Of a stretch of 64,000 bases of DNA, positions 1 to 9,632 are shown in pieces (positions within the stretch are counted from its first letter, which is position 1; each line of letters starts with the position of its first letter). This DNA comes from Promethearchaeota archaeon. Its GTDB lineage: Archaea > Asgardarchaeota > Lokiarchaeia > Sigyniarchaeales > SOKP01. The stretch spans positions 317,756-381,755 of the forward strand of contig JAEOUA010000012.1 in the NCBI GenBank assembly GCA_016839555.1, in the 5' to 3' direction. Under the pieces are notes generated by a model. The model was not told where the DNA came from, ran no database searches, and was given only the letters and a program-made list of their open reading frames with translations. The position numbers were made by a program, and so were the translations under genes.

Positions 1-664
1 TAGCCATATTGCACATTGTAAATCTATTTGCCATTGATAAATTTTTAATCACTTCTCCTGAAAATTCCATTGCTTTATATGTTGCGCCATCTACCCCAAT
101 CTTACCAATAGTATATAAAATTAAATCCTTTCCCGAAACCCATTTATTTAATTTACCAGAATAGATAAATTTAATCGTTTCGGGCACTTTAAACCAGCAT
201 TGTTGTGTAGCCATTGCAACTCCTAAATCTGTGGATCCAACACCCGTGGAAAAGGCACCCAAGGCCCCATAGGTGCAAGTATGAGAATCAGCGCCTATAA
301 ATAATTCTCCTGTTTTTACTAGTCCTTGTTCTGGTATAAGACAATGTTCAATACCCACTCTTCCTTGCTCAAAATAATTCGAAATTTGGTATTCATACGC
401 AAATTCACGTAAAATCTTACACTGATTTGCTGAAGCAACATCCTTATTGGGAGTAAAATGATCTGGCGTGAGAATGATTCTATCTTTATTAAACACACCC
501 TTATTTGTTCCTTGTATAACTTTTTTAAAAACTTCTATAGCTATCGGAGCCGTTATATCATTTGCTAAACATTTATCTACTTTTGCTAAAATAAAATCGC
601 CCGCAACCGCATTCTTATTATCAGTGTGATCTCTTAAGATTTTTTCTGAGATAGTGAATCCCAT
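1..664 (-). CDS. leuC: 3-isopropylmalate dehydratase / homoaconitase large subunit (LeuC/HacA family), 3' end outside the window
   Basis: Not in the ORF track. Manual translation from ATG at 664 gives MGFTISEKILRDH...ANDITAPIA...PDHFTPNKD...GIEHCLIPEQG...GADSHTCTYGALGAFSTGVGSTD...NRFTMCNMA, which are aconitase-family large-subunit motifs. Substrate specificity (leuC vs hacA) cannot be resolved. Confidence 0.88.
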   Translation of the reverse strand, partial: MGFTISEKILRDHTDNKNAVAGDFILAKVDKCLANDITAPIAIEVFKKVIQGTNKGVFNKDRIILTPDHFTPNKDVASANQCKILREFAYEYQISNYFEQGRVGIEHCLIPEQGLVKTGELFIGADSHTCTYGALGAFSTGVGSTDLGVAMATQQCWFKVPETIKFIYSGKLNKWVSGKDLILYTIGKIGVDGATYKAMEFSGEVIKNLSMANRFTMCNMA

Positions 665-1032
665 AAATATCCACAAATATTCAAATTCTAATAGTCTAAA
701 GAGTAATTTATTGTTTAAAATTTTATTTGATTCCTTTTTAAATAATTAGATTAATTACCATAAACTTAAACAATATTTAATTAATAAATCTTAAAAAATT
801 CTAATTGAAATCAATTATTTTATTATGTAAATTTTTAAATTTTGAGATAAATAGTTTCATTGCAAATACGCCATTTTTAGGTTTTTTTCCTATAATTCTG
901 AATTATTATTGTTCAATTTTACAATTTTATGAATATGATATATAAATCTGAAAATTAATAACACCAGAATCAGAAAATCTATTATATATTATAGAAATTT
1001 TTTTCTATTAATTTTAATTTATTGATTTGGAA

Positions 1033-1914
1033 ATGGAAAAAATAGTAATAAAAGATTTCGCTTTTGAAAAATATCATGGCTTAGGCAATGATTACATATT
1101 AGTCAATGATATTGAGTGGAATATTCCAGAAAATAAAAAAATGGAATTAGCACGTAAGTTATGTGAAAGACACTTTTCGATTGGAGCCGACGGATTGATC
1201 TATATATGTAATTCAAATAAAGTAGATATTAAAATGCGAATTTTCAATGATGATGGTTCCGAATCAGAGATGTGCGGCAACGGAATTCGATGTTTCTCAA
1301 AATATGTTTATGAGAATAAAATCGTCAATTCCAATCCAATTAAGATAGAGACATTAAAAGGAATAATGATTTCAAAACTTTCTATTCAAAATGGTTCCGT
1401 AAAAATGGTGGAAATAAATATGGGGGAACCAATTTTAGATTGTGAATTAATTCCTGTTGTGCCAGAAAATAATAAATTTGAATGTATAAATGAATCAATA
1501 TTAGTAATTGATAAAATATTTAATTTTACTGCAGTATCCATGGGAAATCCGCATTGTGTAATAATGGTTGAAGAACAATTAGATGATAAGGATTTAAATA
1601 AATATGGGTCCGCAATCGAAAGCCATGAACGGTTTCCTAATAAAACTAATGTGGAATTTATGAAGGTTATTAGTCCCGATGAATGTAACGTAAGGGTTTT
1701 TGAAAGAGCAGTAGGTATAACAAATTCTTGCGGAACCGGTAGCTGTGCTTCGGTTGTTGCTGGAACAATATTAGGAAAATTTAGGAAAAATTCACCGATT
1801 ATAGTCCATAACGATGGTGGTGATCTAATTATTACATATACGGGTGAGGAAATATATATGAAAGGTTCTATTGAGAAAGTATTCTCTGGGAAAATAAAGA
1901 AGCTTGAATTTTAA
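1033..1914 (+). CDS. dapF: Diaminopimelate epimerase
   Basis: KYHGLGNDY, EMCGNGIRC, SMGNPHCV, RVFERAVG and SCGTGSCA motifs. ATG at 1033 preferred over TTG at 1027. Confidence 0.96.
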   Translation: MEKIVIKDFAFEKYHGLGNDYILVNDIEWNIPENKKMELARKLCERHFSIGADGLIYICNSNKVDIKMRIFNDDGSESEMCGNGIRCFSKYVYENKIVNSNPIKIETLKGIMISKLSIQNGSVKMVEINMGEPILDCELIPVVPENNKFECINESILVIDKIFNFTAVSMGNPHCVIMVEEQLDDKDLNKYGSAIESHERFPNKTNVEFMKVISPDECNVRVFERAVGITNSCGTGSCASVVAGTILGKFRKNSPIIVHNDGGDLIITYTGEEIYMKGSIEKVFSGKIKKLEF

Positions 1915-1984
1915 ATTTCTTAATAAGAAATATTTAAAAAGATAAATTAAATATTTAGATTTTAAAAAGAGGCCTAAATATCGA

Positions 1985-3301
1985 ATGGAATATCAAGAAT
2001 GGTTAAAGAAAAAAGATCTTGAATATAAAGAAGGAATATTATATTATGATAATATGGACACTCAACAGCTCGCAAAAGATTACGGGACACCATTATATAT
2101 AATTAATGAAAAATTAATTAGAAAAAGATACAATCAATTAAAAGTTGCACTTAATTCTGAATATAAAAACAACGAAATACATTATGCTGTGAAAGCTAAT
2201 TCTAATTTGGCAGTCTTAAAAATTCTTAAATCAGAAAATGCCAGTGTTGATTGCAGTTCTGTAGGAGAAGTTTATTCCTGCCTTAAAGCTGGATTCCCCC
2301 CGGATAAAATAATATATACAGGAAATATGTTCACAAATGAAGATTTAAAATTTGCTGTTAAGAATAATGTTTTAATAAATTTAGATAGCATTAGTCAATT
2401 AAAACGGTTAGTAAATATCTATGATGAATTAGGCAAAAAGAAAAATGCAATTTCATTCAGAATTAATCCTGAATTTGGGGCAGGACATCATTCACATACA
2501 ATTACTGCAGGAAAGGATATAAAATTTGGAATTTTGGATGATCAAGTTGTTGAGGCATATTCCCAAGCTAAAAAATATGGATTTGAAAAATTTGGAACCC
2601 ATATTCACATTGGGAGTGGTATCCTTGATCCATCCGACTATGAAAAAGCTATAAACAAATATTTTACAATAATTATGAATTTAGCAGATACATTAGATAT
2701 AACCTTTGAATTTATAGATTTTGGTGGGGGTTTAGGAATACCATACAAACCAGAACAAGAACCCTTAAATTTAAGACAATATATTCAAGTCATTATGAAT
2801 CAATTTGAAAAAGTAATAAAAAGAGAAGATTTTGGGGGTCCTACATTGAAAATTGAGCCTGGAAGATTTTTAGTTGCCGAAAGCAGTATTATTTTAACGC
2901 AAATTAATACTATAAAAGACAATGGCTATAAGAAATTCGCTGGAGTAGATGCGGGATTTAATACATTAATTCGACCTACAATGTATGGATCTTATCATCA
3001 TATTATCCCTTGTAAGTTAACTAATGGTACCACAGAACAGTATGATATTGCTGGACCTATATGTGAATCTGGAGATATCTTAGGAAAAGCGAGATTATTA
3101 CCAACAGTTCATGAGCAAGATTATTTAGCGATTCTTGATGCTGGGGCATATGGTTTCACAATGGCAAGCGTCTATAATTTAAGGCCACGGCCTCCAGAAA
3201 TTCTTCTTATAAATGGAAAGTCTTATCTAATTAGAGAAGGAGAAACTTTCGAAGACCTCTTTCGCCTTCAAAAACTTCCAAAGCATTTGAAAAAAGTCTA
3301 A
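1985..3301 (+). CDS. lysA: Diaminopimelate decarboxylase
   Basis: YGTPLY, YAVKAN (PLP lysine), HIHIGS, DFGGGLGI, EPGRFLVAE, GPICESGD and AGAYG motifs. Confidence 0.96.
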   Translation: MEYQEWLKKKDLEYKEGILYYDNMDTQQLAKDYGTPLYIINEKLIRKRYNQLKVALNSEYKNNEIHYAVKANSNLAVLKILKSENASVDCSSVGEVYSCLKAGFPPDKIIYTGNMFTNEDLKFAVKNNVLINLDSISQLKRLVNIYDELGKKKNAISFRINPEFGAGHHSHTITAGKDIKFGILDDQVVEAYSQAKKYGFEKFGTHIHIGSGILDPSDYEKAINKYFTIIMNLADTLDITFEFIDFGGGLGIPYKPEQEPLNLRQYIQVIMNQFEKVIKREDFGGPTLKIEPGRFLVAESSIILTQINTIKDNGYKKFAGVDAGFNTLIRPTMYGSYHHIIPCKLTNGTTEQYDIAGPICESGDILGKARLLPTVHEQDYLAILDAGAYGFTMASVYNLRPRPPEILLINGKSYLIREGETFEDLFRLQKLPKHLKKV

Positions 3302-3359
3302 AAACTATTTTTCCTAAAAAATAATAAAAAATTTATTCACAGCTTCCTTAATCTCAATA

Positions 3360-3496
3360 AGGTAAAATCATAAAATGGGTTTAATTAAAGTCAGGATACC
3401 CTTTAATTATGCCTTATGAAGACGTGACAAAAAGAAATCTAATTAAATAGATTAATGATTTTACTGATCTGCTCTGATGATTTTATGATTTTACCT
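3360..3496. repeat. Intergenic element bounded by a perfect 17-bp inverted repeat, with internal hairpins
   Basis: AGGTAAAATCATAAAAT (3360-3376) is the reverse complement of ATTTTATGATTTTACCT (3480-3496). Inner stems: TAATTAAAG/CTTTAATTA and AATCTA/TAGATT. Confidence 0.7.
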
Positions 3497-3565
3497 CTTA
3501 ATTATAATCATCATTTGCTAAATTAAATTGATAATTTTTAAAAATCAAGTAAAATAAAAAAAAAA

Positions 3566-4387
3566 TTATAGCCCTAAAACTTCCCTTGTTGAATAAATTT
3601 TATTTTCTGGAGCTTTAACAATAAATTTTATTGCTTTAATGGCTCCCGCTGCTAAACAATCCCTACTGTGAGCTTGATGTTTAAATTCTATTCTCTCTCC
3701 AGGACCGGCGAAGAGCACTATATGATCGCCAACTATATCTCCTGCTCTAATTGAATGGACTCCAATTTCATTTTTAGCGCCAATTGCTCTTTTATTGGGT
3801 CCTTTATCCCTGCCAAATTTCGCAATTTTTTTAAAATCAGAATGAATCGAATCAGCGATAATATTACCTATTGTTAAAGCAGTTCCACTCGGGGCGTCTA
3901 ATTTCCGATGATGATGAGCTTCAATAATTTCAATATCCCAGTCCTTTAAATAAGGAGAAAGAACAGAGAGCACTTTAAAGAAAATATTTACCCCTGTAGC
4001 CATATTCGAGGAAATCACCGCGGGAGCTTGGTATTCTTTTACTAAATTTTCAAATTGATTTAAAAACTCCTCGGATAAGCCAGTAGTACCAATAACACAT
4101 CGAATTCCATTTTTAACACAAATTACGCTATTTTTTTCTGTTGCTTCTGCCACTGTAAAATCTACTGCTACATCAGGCTGAGTACGCGCAATAATATTTT
4201 CAAGTTCTCCCACATCATTAATTATTATATTATTTGGATCACTCGTTGCAGCAACACTTCCTAAAGAATCTCCAATCTTATCTACATCGCATGCAGCAAC
4301 CACTTCAATATTAGAGTCGTCTAAAGCTAACCTACTTATTAAATGTCCCATCGAACCTGTGGGTCCAAAAATTAATAATTTTATCAA
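3566..4387 (-). CDS. dapB: 4-hydroxy-tetrahydrodipicolinate reductase
   Basis: GPTGSMG, VDFT, VIGTTG, EAHHHRKLDAPSGTA, RAGDIVGDH motifs. TTG start preceded by an AGGTG Shine-Dalgarno. Confidence 0.96.
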   Translation of the reverse strand: MIKLLIFGPTGSMGHLISRLALDDSNIEVVAACDVDKIGDSLGSVAATSDPNNIIINDVGELENIIARTQPDVAVDFTVAEATEKNSVICVKNGIRCVIGTTGLSEEFLNQFENLVKEYQAPAVISSNMATGVNIFFKVLSVLSPYLKDWDIEIIEAHHHRKLDAPSGTALTIGNIIADSIHSDFKKIAKFGRDKGPNKRAIGAKNEIGVHSIRAGDIVGDHIVLFAGPGERIEFKHQAHSRDCLAAGAIKAIKFIVKAPENKIYSTREVLGL

Positions 4388-4413
4388 ATAAACACCTTTT
4401 TTTATTAATTTGA

Positions 4414-5337
4414 TTAGAAAAGACCTTCTAAAATATCAAGATCCTTTAGTACGTTTTTAATTTTCTTTTTATTATCTTTCAATGGAGGGGTAAGAGGCAA
4501 CCTCATTTGTTCGCTCATAATGCCTAATTCTTCAGCCGCATATTTAACAGGACCGGGATTAGTTTCAATAAAGAGGACTTTAAATAAATCATATAATTCC
4601 AACTGCATTTTTCTAGCTTTCTCCCAATTTCCGGCGTTCATTGTAGTTGTAAATTCAACCATCCTTTTGGGAATGATATTAGAAGCAACACTTATAGCCC
4701 CCTTGCCTCCCAATGCCATAATATGATATGTCATACTATCATCTCCGCTTAAAACAATAAAATCTTCAGGAGTGGATTTAATAACTCTTGTTATTTGATC
4801 AATATCTCCGCTCGCACATTTAATCCCTATTATATTCTCTTTTTCATGTGCTAATACTGAAACCGTTTCTGGCTCAAGATTTCTCCCAGTTCTACTTGGA
4901 ACATTATATAAAACGATTGGAAGTGAAACAGAATCCGCAACCTTAGAAAAATGATCAATTAAAGAGTGTTGTACCGGTTTATTATAATAAGGAACAACCA
5001 ATAGCAATCCATCTGCTCCTGCGTTCTCAGCATACTGGCTCAATGAAATTGCCTCATCAGTCGAATTACTTCCTGTTCCTGCCAACACAAAGGGATCTTT
5101 ACCGCTTTTTTTTGCTTCATCAACCGCAATATCAATCGCATGTTTATGTTCTTTATGAGAAAGTGTTGCAGATTCTCCTGTTGTGCCCATAGTTAATATA
5201 TGGCACCCATTATCAATCTGAAATCTAATAAATTCCCTATATTTCTCCTCATCTAAAGAGAAGTCTTCTTTAAAGGGGGTGATCATTGCAGTTATAACAT
5301 TTTTCAATTTATCTAATTTCATATTACTTTCTACCAT
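4414..5337 (-). CDS. dapA: 4-hydroxy-tetrahydrodipicolinate synthase
   Basis: GTTGESATL, GTGSNST, PYYNKP, LYNVPSRTG, GIKCASG, SGDD and FIETNPGPVK motifs. Confidence 0.96.
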   Translation of the reverse strand: MVESNMKLDKLKNVITAMITPFKEDFSLDEEKYREFIRFQIDNGCHILTMGTTGESATLSHKEHKHAIDIAVDEAKKSGKDPFVLAGTGSNSTDEAISLSQYAENAGADGLLLVVPYYNKPVQHSLIDHFSKVADSVSLPIVLYNVPSRTGRNLEPETVSVLAHEKENIIGIKCASGDIDQITRVIKSTPEDFIVLSGDDSMTYHIMALGGKGAISVASNIIPKRMVEFTTTMNAGNWEKARKMQLELYDLFKVLFIETNPGPVKYAAEELGIMSEQMRLPLTPPLKDNKKKIKNVLKDLDILEGLF

Positions 5338-5518
5338 TTTTTCTTCTTTATAATTATGTTACTATTGCTTATAAGATTTATCGTCATTTTTAAAATTCAG
5401 TTATTTTTTTTATAAGATGTTTTAACTGGATTTAATTTTTCAAGCTTCTTTCCTTCCTTCATTCTATTATAATAAGTTTATTTTTAGACAAATATAATGA
5501 AATTTTTAAAAAAGAACA

Positions 5519-5944
5519 TTAAAAATACTTTTCTCCAAAAAAGAGAGAAATTTCTCTTTTTGCTGACTCTGGCGAATCAGAGGCATGAACCATATTTTCT
5601 GTGACAGATTTTACGGGCTCTTCCCTGAAGTCCCCTCTAATAGTCCCCTTTTTAGCTTCCTTAGGAATAGTTGCTCCCACTAATTCCCTAATATAAGGAA
5701 TAGAATTTTCACCTTCAATTATAAGAGCAACAGAATTTCCCGATGTTATGAATTTAATTAAGCCTTCATAAAACTCCTTTCCTTTATGTTCTATATAATG
5801 ATTTTCGGCTAATTCATGAGTTATTTTTAACATTTTAAGTGCCCTAATATTGAGATTTTTTTCCTCAAATCTGTTTAAAATCTTTCCAATTAATCCCCTG
5901 TGAACGGCATCCGGCTTAATTATAATCAATGATTTTTGAATCAT
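5519..5944 (-). CDS. ndk: Nucleoside diphosphate kinase
   Basis: IIKPDAV, GTIRGDF and NMVHASDS (catalytic His) motifs. Confidence 0.96.
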   Translation of the reverse strand: MIQKSLIIIKPDAVHRGLIGKILNRFEEKNLNIRALKMLKITHELAENHYIEHKGKEFYEGLIKFITSGNSVALIIEGENSIPYIRELVGATIPKEAKKGTIRGDFREEPVKSVTENMVHASDSPESAKREISLFFGEKYF

Positions 5945-6059
5945 ATAGAATTTCTATTTTGTTTTAATTAATTATTTTTTAGGAGAGAAAATTAAAAAAA
6001 TTAAAAAAGATTTCTGGATAAGCTATTGGAAACAAAAAGAATTCATAAAAAAAATTTAC

Positions 6060-7337
6060 TTACTGTTTATTTTCATTTGCCTTTTTTTTGGCAATAAAAC
6101 CCATTCTACTTTGCAAGCCCCATAAAGGAATAAAACCATAACTATATTTTTGATTGAAGGAACTTTTGGTCTCATAAGTCGCTAAATTTAAGTCATATAT
6201 CCCATATGGGGATTTTCGGGCTATCACTTCAGCAGATCCCTTAAAAAGCTTCATTGAAACACTCCCGGCAACTTTTATATTTATCTCATTAATGAAGGCT
6301 TCTAAAGCATCCCTCAGAGGATCTACCCATAATCCATCATATACTAATTCTGTCCATCTCTGATCAATTAACGATTTAAATGAATTTTCATGCTTAGTGC
6401 ATACATATTTCTCTAAATCTTTATGGGCTTTTATTAATATTAACGCTGCGGGAATCTCATAAGTTTCTCTAGATTTTAATCCAATCGCACGATCTTCCAT
6501 ATGTTCTATTCTTCCTATTCCATGTTTGCAACCAATATCATGGATCCTCTTGATTAATTCTACTCCCTCCATAGGTTGATCATTTATTCCTATAGGTATT
6601 CCTTCTTTAAAATTAATAGTAATATATTCTGGGTTGTTGGGTGCTTCCTCAGGAGGTACAGTCCATTCTTTAGAGTCCTCTGGAGGTTCAATGTCAGGTT
6701 GCTCTAAAATATCACATTCTGCACTACGACCGAAAAGATTTTCATCTACGCTATACTTTTTATTTTGATTAGATATCGGAATATTATGTTGTTGGGCATA
6801 TTTAATTTCTTCATCACGTCCCATATTCCACTCGATGAGTGGTTGAAGAATTTCCATTTCTGGTGCATAAGCTTGAGCTGTAGTATTAATTCGAATTTGA
6901 TCATTTCCCTTTCCAGTACATCCATGAGCAAGGACTTCAATGCCTTCCTTTTGTGCAATTTTTACTGCTTCTATTGCAATTAGCGGTCTGCCGATAGCTG
7001 TACTTAAAGGATAAATCCCTTGATAAAGTCCATTTGCTTTAATAGTAGGAAAAACATATTCATTAACAAATTTTTCTTTCAAATCTACAGTAAAGTGTTT
7101 AATAGCTCCCAATTGTTTTGCTTTATCCTCAATTTGTTTAAAACGTGAGGGATCCGCGAATTCTTGCCCTAAATCTGCGGTAAAAGTGTATATTTGGGCA
7201 TGATATTTTTCTTGGAGCCATTTAAGCATACAGGAAGTGTATAATCATATATATGGAATTCATATATATTCTAACCCTCCTGAATACATAAGTAAGATCT
7301 TATCATATTTATCCTTTTTAGGTCCTAATTCACTCAC
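6060..7337 (-). CDS. argG: Argininosuccinate synthase, split by a putative 30-nt intron: exon 1 7337-7271, exon 2 7240-6060, 415 aa spliced
   Basis: The ORF-track protein (start 7229) has YPLSTAIGRP, HGCTGKGNDQ, YSVDENLFGRS and KSRETYE but lacks the N-terminal P-loop. GTG at 7337 gives MSELGPKKDKYDKILLMYSGGL, and removing 7241-7270 joins this to D-T-S-C-M-L-K-W, restoring YSGGLDTS. Confidence 0.92.
7241..7270 (-). other. Putative bulge-helix-bulge (BHB) intron in argG mRNA
   Basis: mRNA-sense insert A-AUAUAUAUG-AAUUC-CAUAUAUAU-GAUU-AU. It has a perfect 9-bp internal stem, a 4-bp central helix GGUU/GAUU, 3-nt bulges AG^A and AU^A, and two in-frame UGA codons. Confidence 0.82.
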
Positions 7338-7504
7338 AATTATCACTTAATTAAGAAATAAATTCATATATTCTAAAATAATTTCTAAAATATTAATATT
7401 GATTAAAAAAAGAATAAATACTTTAATTAAAATAAAGTATTTTTCGTTATAGTATTAAATTATTTAAAGTTCTATACTTATTGCCTAGATTGGGTTTTTA
7501 GTTT

Positions 7505-9385
7505 ATGAAACAAAACGAGAAAGATTTCGAATTTCCTGAAAAAGCTTATAAAATAATTTTCAGAAATTTTCCAAATCCTTTATACATTTGGAAAAAAGTG
7601 GGCAAAGATCTTATTTTAGTTGCTTTTAATGAAGCTAGTTTTAAAATAACCCAAGGGGGAATTGAAAAATATCATGGTATTAAAGCATCAGAATTATATA
7701 AGCAAAATCCAACAATATTAGAAGATTTAAATAATTGTTTTAATCAAAAGACTTCTTTTTATAAAAAATTAAGTTATAAATTCAAATCTACCAATAAAAT
7801 AAAGACTTTATTAGTATTTTTCAATTTTATTCCACCAGATTTAGTTTTAATTTATACCCAAGACAAAACAGCTGAAGAAGAAGCTGAGTTAGCACTTAAA
7901 AATTCCGAGAGAGAAAAAGCCCTCATACTAGAGAGTATTTCAGAAGTTATATCTCTTCAAGATTTAAATCATAATGTCATTTGGATGAATAGACCAGCTT
8001 CAAAGTTAATAGGATTAAATCAAGATGAATTAAAGGGGAAAAAATGCTATGAAATCTGGTATAATAAACAAAATCCATGTGAAGATTGTCCTGTGGAAAA
8101 AACTATTCAAACTAAAAAAGTTGAAGAGAGTGAAATTAATACTATTGATGGTGAAGTATGGACTATTAGAGTTTTTCCTGTGAAAAATGAACAGGATAAA
8201 ATTATCGGAATCGTGGAAATTGCTCAAAATATCACAGAAAAGAAAAAGGCTAAGCAAGCTTTAAAAGAATCAGAGCAAAAATTTAGATTAATTAATGATC
8301 AATCGCTTATCGGTATTTGTATACTACAAGACGATATCTATAAATATGTAAATGAACAATTTCTTCAAATAATAGGATATTCACGAGAAGAAATCAAAGA
8401 TTGGAAGCCTGGAGACTATTTAAAAATAATTCATCCCGATTATCGAGATTTTATTAAAATTATATCCGAAAAAAGAAAAAGTGGAAAAACTGATTACAAG
8501 AAACATTGGGAACTTAAAGGTGTTAGAAAGAATGGAGAAGAATTTTGGGGTGAAATATATACTAAACCGATTACGTTTAAAGGACACACAGCTGATTTAA
8601 TTACCACTATAGATATAACAGAACGTAAAAACACAGAATTAAAATTAAGAGAATCAGAAAAAAATTATCAAATAGCATACAATCGAGCTGAATTTTATAA
8701 GGATATTTTTGCTCATGATATTAATAATATCCTTCAAAATATACGGTCTGCCAGTGATCTATTGGAGATTTATCAAAAAGACAGAGATAATACCAGGAAT
8801 GAACAGGAAATGATTGATATTATTAATTCACAAGTTTCAAGGGGCGCAAATTTAGTTTCAAATATTAGAAAGTTATCTCAACTCGAAAAGACTCAAATCT
8901 CTCTGAAGTTAATATCCGTAAAAGATATGTTGTTTAAAGCAGTTTCTGCTATTAAAGATATATATAGTGTGAAAATAATTGAAATTTACATAGATCAGCC
9001 TGAAAGTGAAATTAAGGTTTTTGCTAATGAATTTCTTTTGGATATTTTTAAGAATATACTCTATAATTCAATCGAATTTAATGATAATGATATAGTAAAG
9101 ATTGATATAGTTATTTCTAAAATAAATCACATGGGAAAAACCTTTATTCAAATGCAATTTATAGATAATGGAATAGGTATTAATGATGAGAGGAAGGAAA
9201 AAATTTTTGAGAGGAGTTTTTCCAATAAAGAAAAGGGAAAAGGTATGGGATTAGGTTTATCTCTTGTTAGAAAAATATTGGAAGCGTATCAAGCAACTAT
9301 TAAAGTGGAGAACAGAATAAAGGATGATTATAGGAAAGGTTCAAATTTCATAATACTTTTTCCCGAAAAAATAGAAAAAAGTTAA
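7505..9385 (+). CDS. Cytoplasmic multi-PAS sensor histidine kinase
   Basis: PAS/PAC repeats (GKKCYE..CEDCP, IIHPDYR, DITERK), H-box FAHDINNILQ, N-box NILYNSI, DNGIGI and GMGLGL. Confidence 0.93.
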   Translation: MKQNEKDFEFPEKAYKIIFRNFPNPLYIWKKVGKDLILVAFNEASFKITQGGIEKYHGIKASELYKQNPTILEDLNNCFNQKTSFYKKLSYKFKSTNKIKTLLVFFNFIPPDLVLIYTQDKTAEEEAELALKNSEREKALILESISEVISLQDLNHNVIWMNRPASKLIGLNQDELKGKKCYEIWYNKQNPCEDCPVEKTIQTKKVEESEINTIDGEVWTIRVFPVKNEQDKIIGIVEIAQNITEKKKAKQALKESEQKFRLINDQSLIGICILQDDIYKYVNEQFLQIIGYSREEIKDWKPGDYLKIIHPDYRDFIKIISEKRKSGKTDYKKHWELKGVRKNGEEFWGEIYTKPITFKGHTADLITTIDITERKNTELKLRESEKNYQIAYNRAEFYKDIFAHDINNILQNIRSASDLLEIYQKDRDNTRNEQEMIDIINSQVSRGANLVSNIRKLSQLEKTQISLKLISVKDMLFKAVSAIKDIYSVKIIEIYIDQPESEIKVFANEFLLDIFKNILYNSIEFNDNDIVKIDIVISKINHMGKTFIQMQFIDNGIGINDERKEKIFERSFSNKEKGKGMGLGLSLVRKILEAYQATIKVENRIKDDYRKGSNFIILFPEKIEKS

Positions 9386-9632
9386 AATTATAATTTTAAG
9401 AAAAATTTCTTATATGGATTAATTATTTACTTTATTTTATGAAGATTTATATTTTTAAATTTATTCTAATCGAATACTAAAAAACAGCCTAAAATTAATA
9501 AGGAAACAATTGAAACACATTTAAATGAAAAGGATAATAATTTAAGTGTAAGAAATCTGTTAATATTAAAAAAACAAATAAATAATGTATTTTTAGATAA
9601 TATATTTAACTGCCATGGAGTAGTATAAAAAA

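Noticed and set aside
6060-7229. ORF-track start of argG at 7229
   Set aside because: It omits the essential N-terminal YSGGLDTS motif, which is encoded upstream across the insert.
7241-7270. UGA read-through (selenocysteine or an alternative genetic code) as the explanation for the argG stops
   Set aside because: TGA is a normal stop elsewhere in the window (e.g. the genes ending at 14517, 24805 and 62944). Read-through would also put 10 residues into the invariant SGGLDT loop and replace its Asp.
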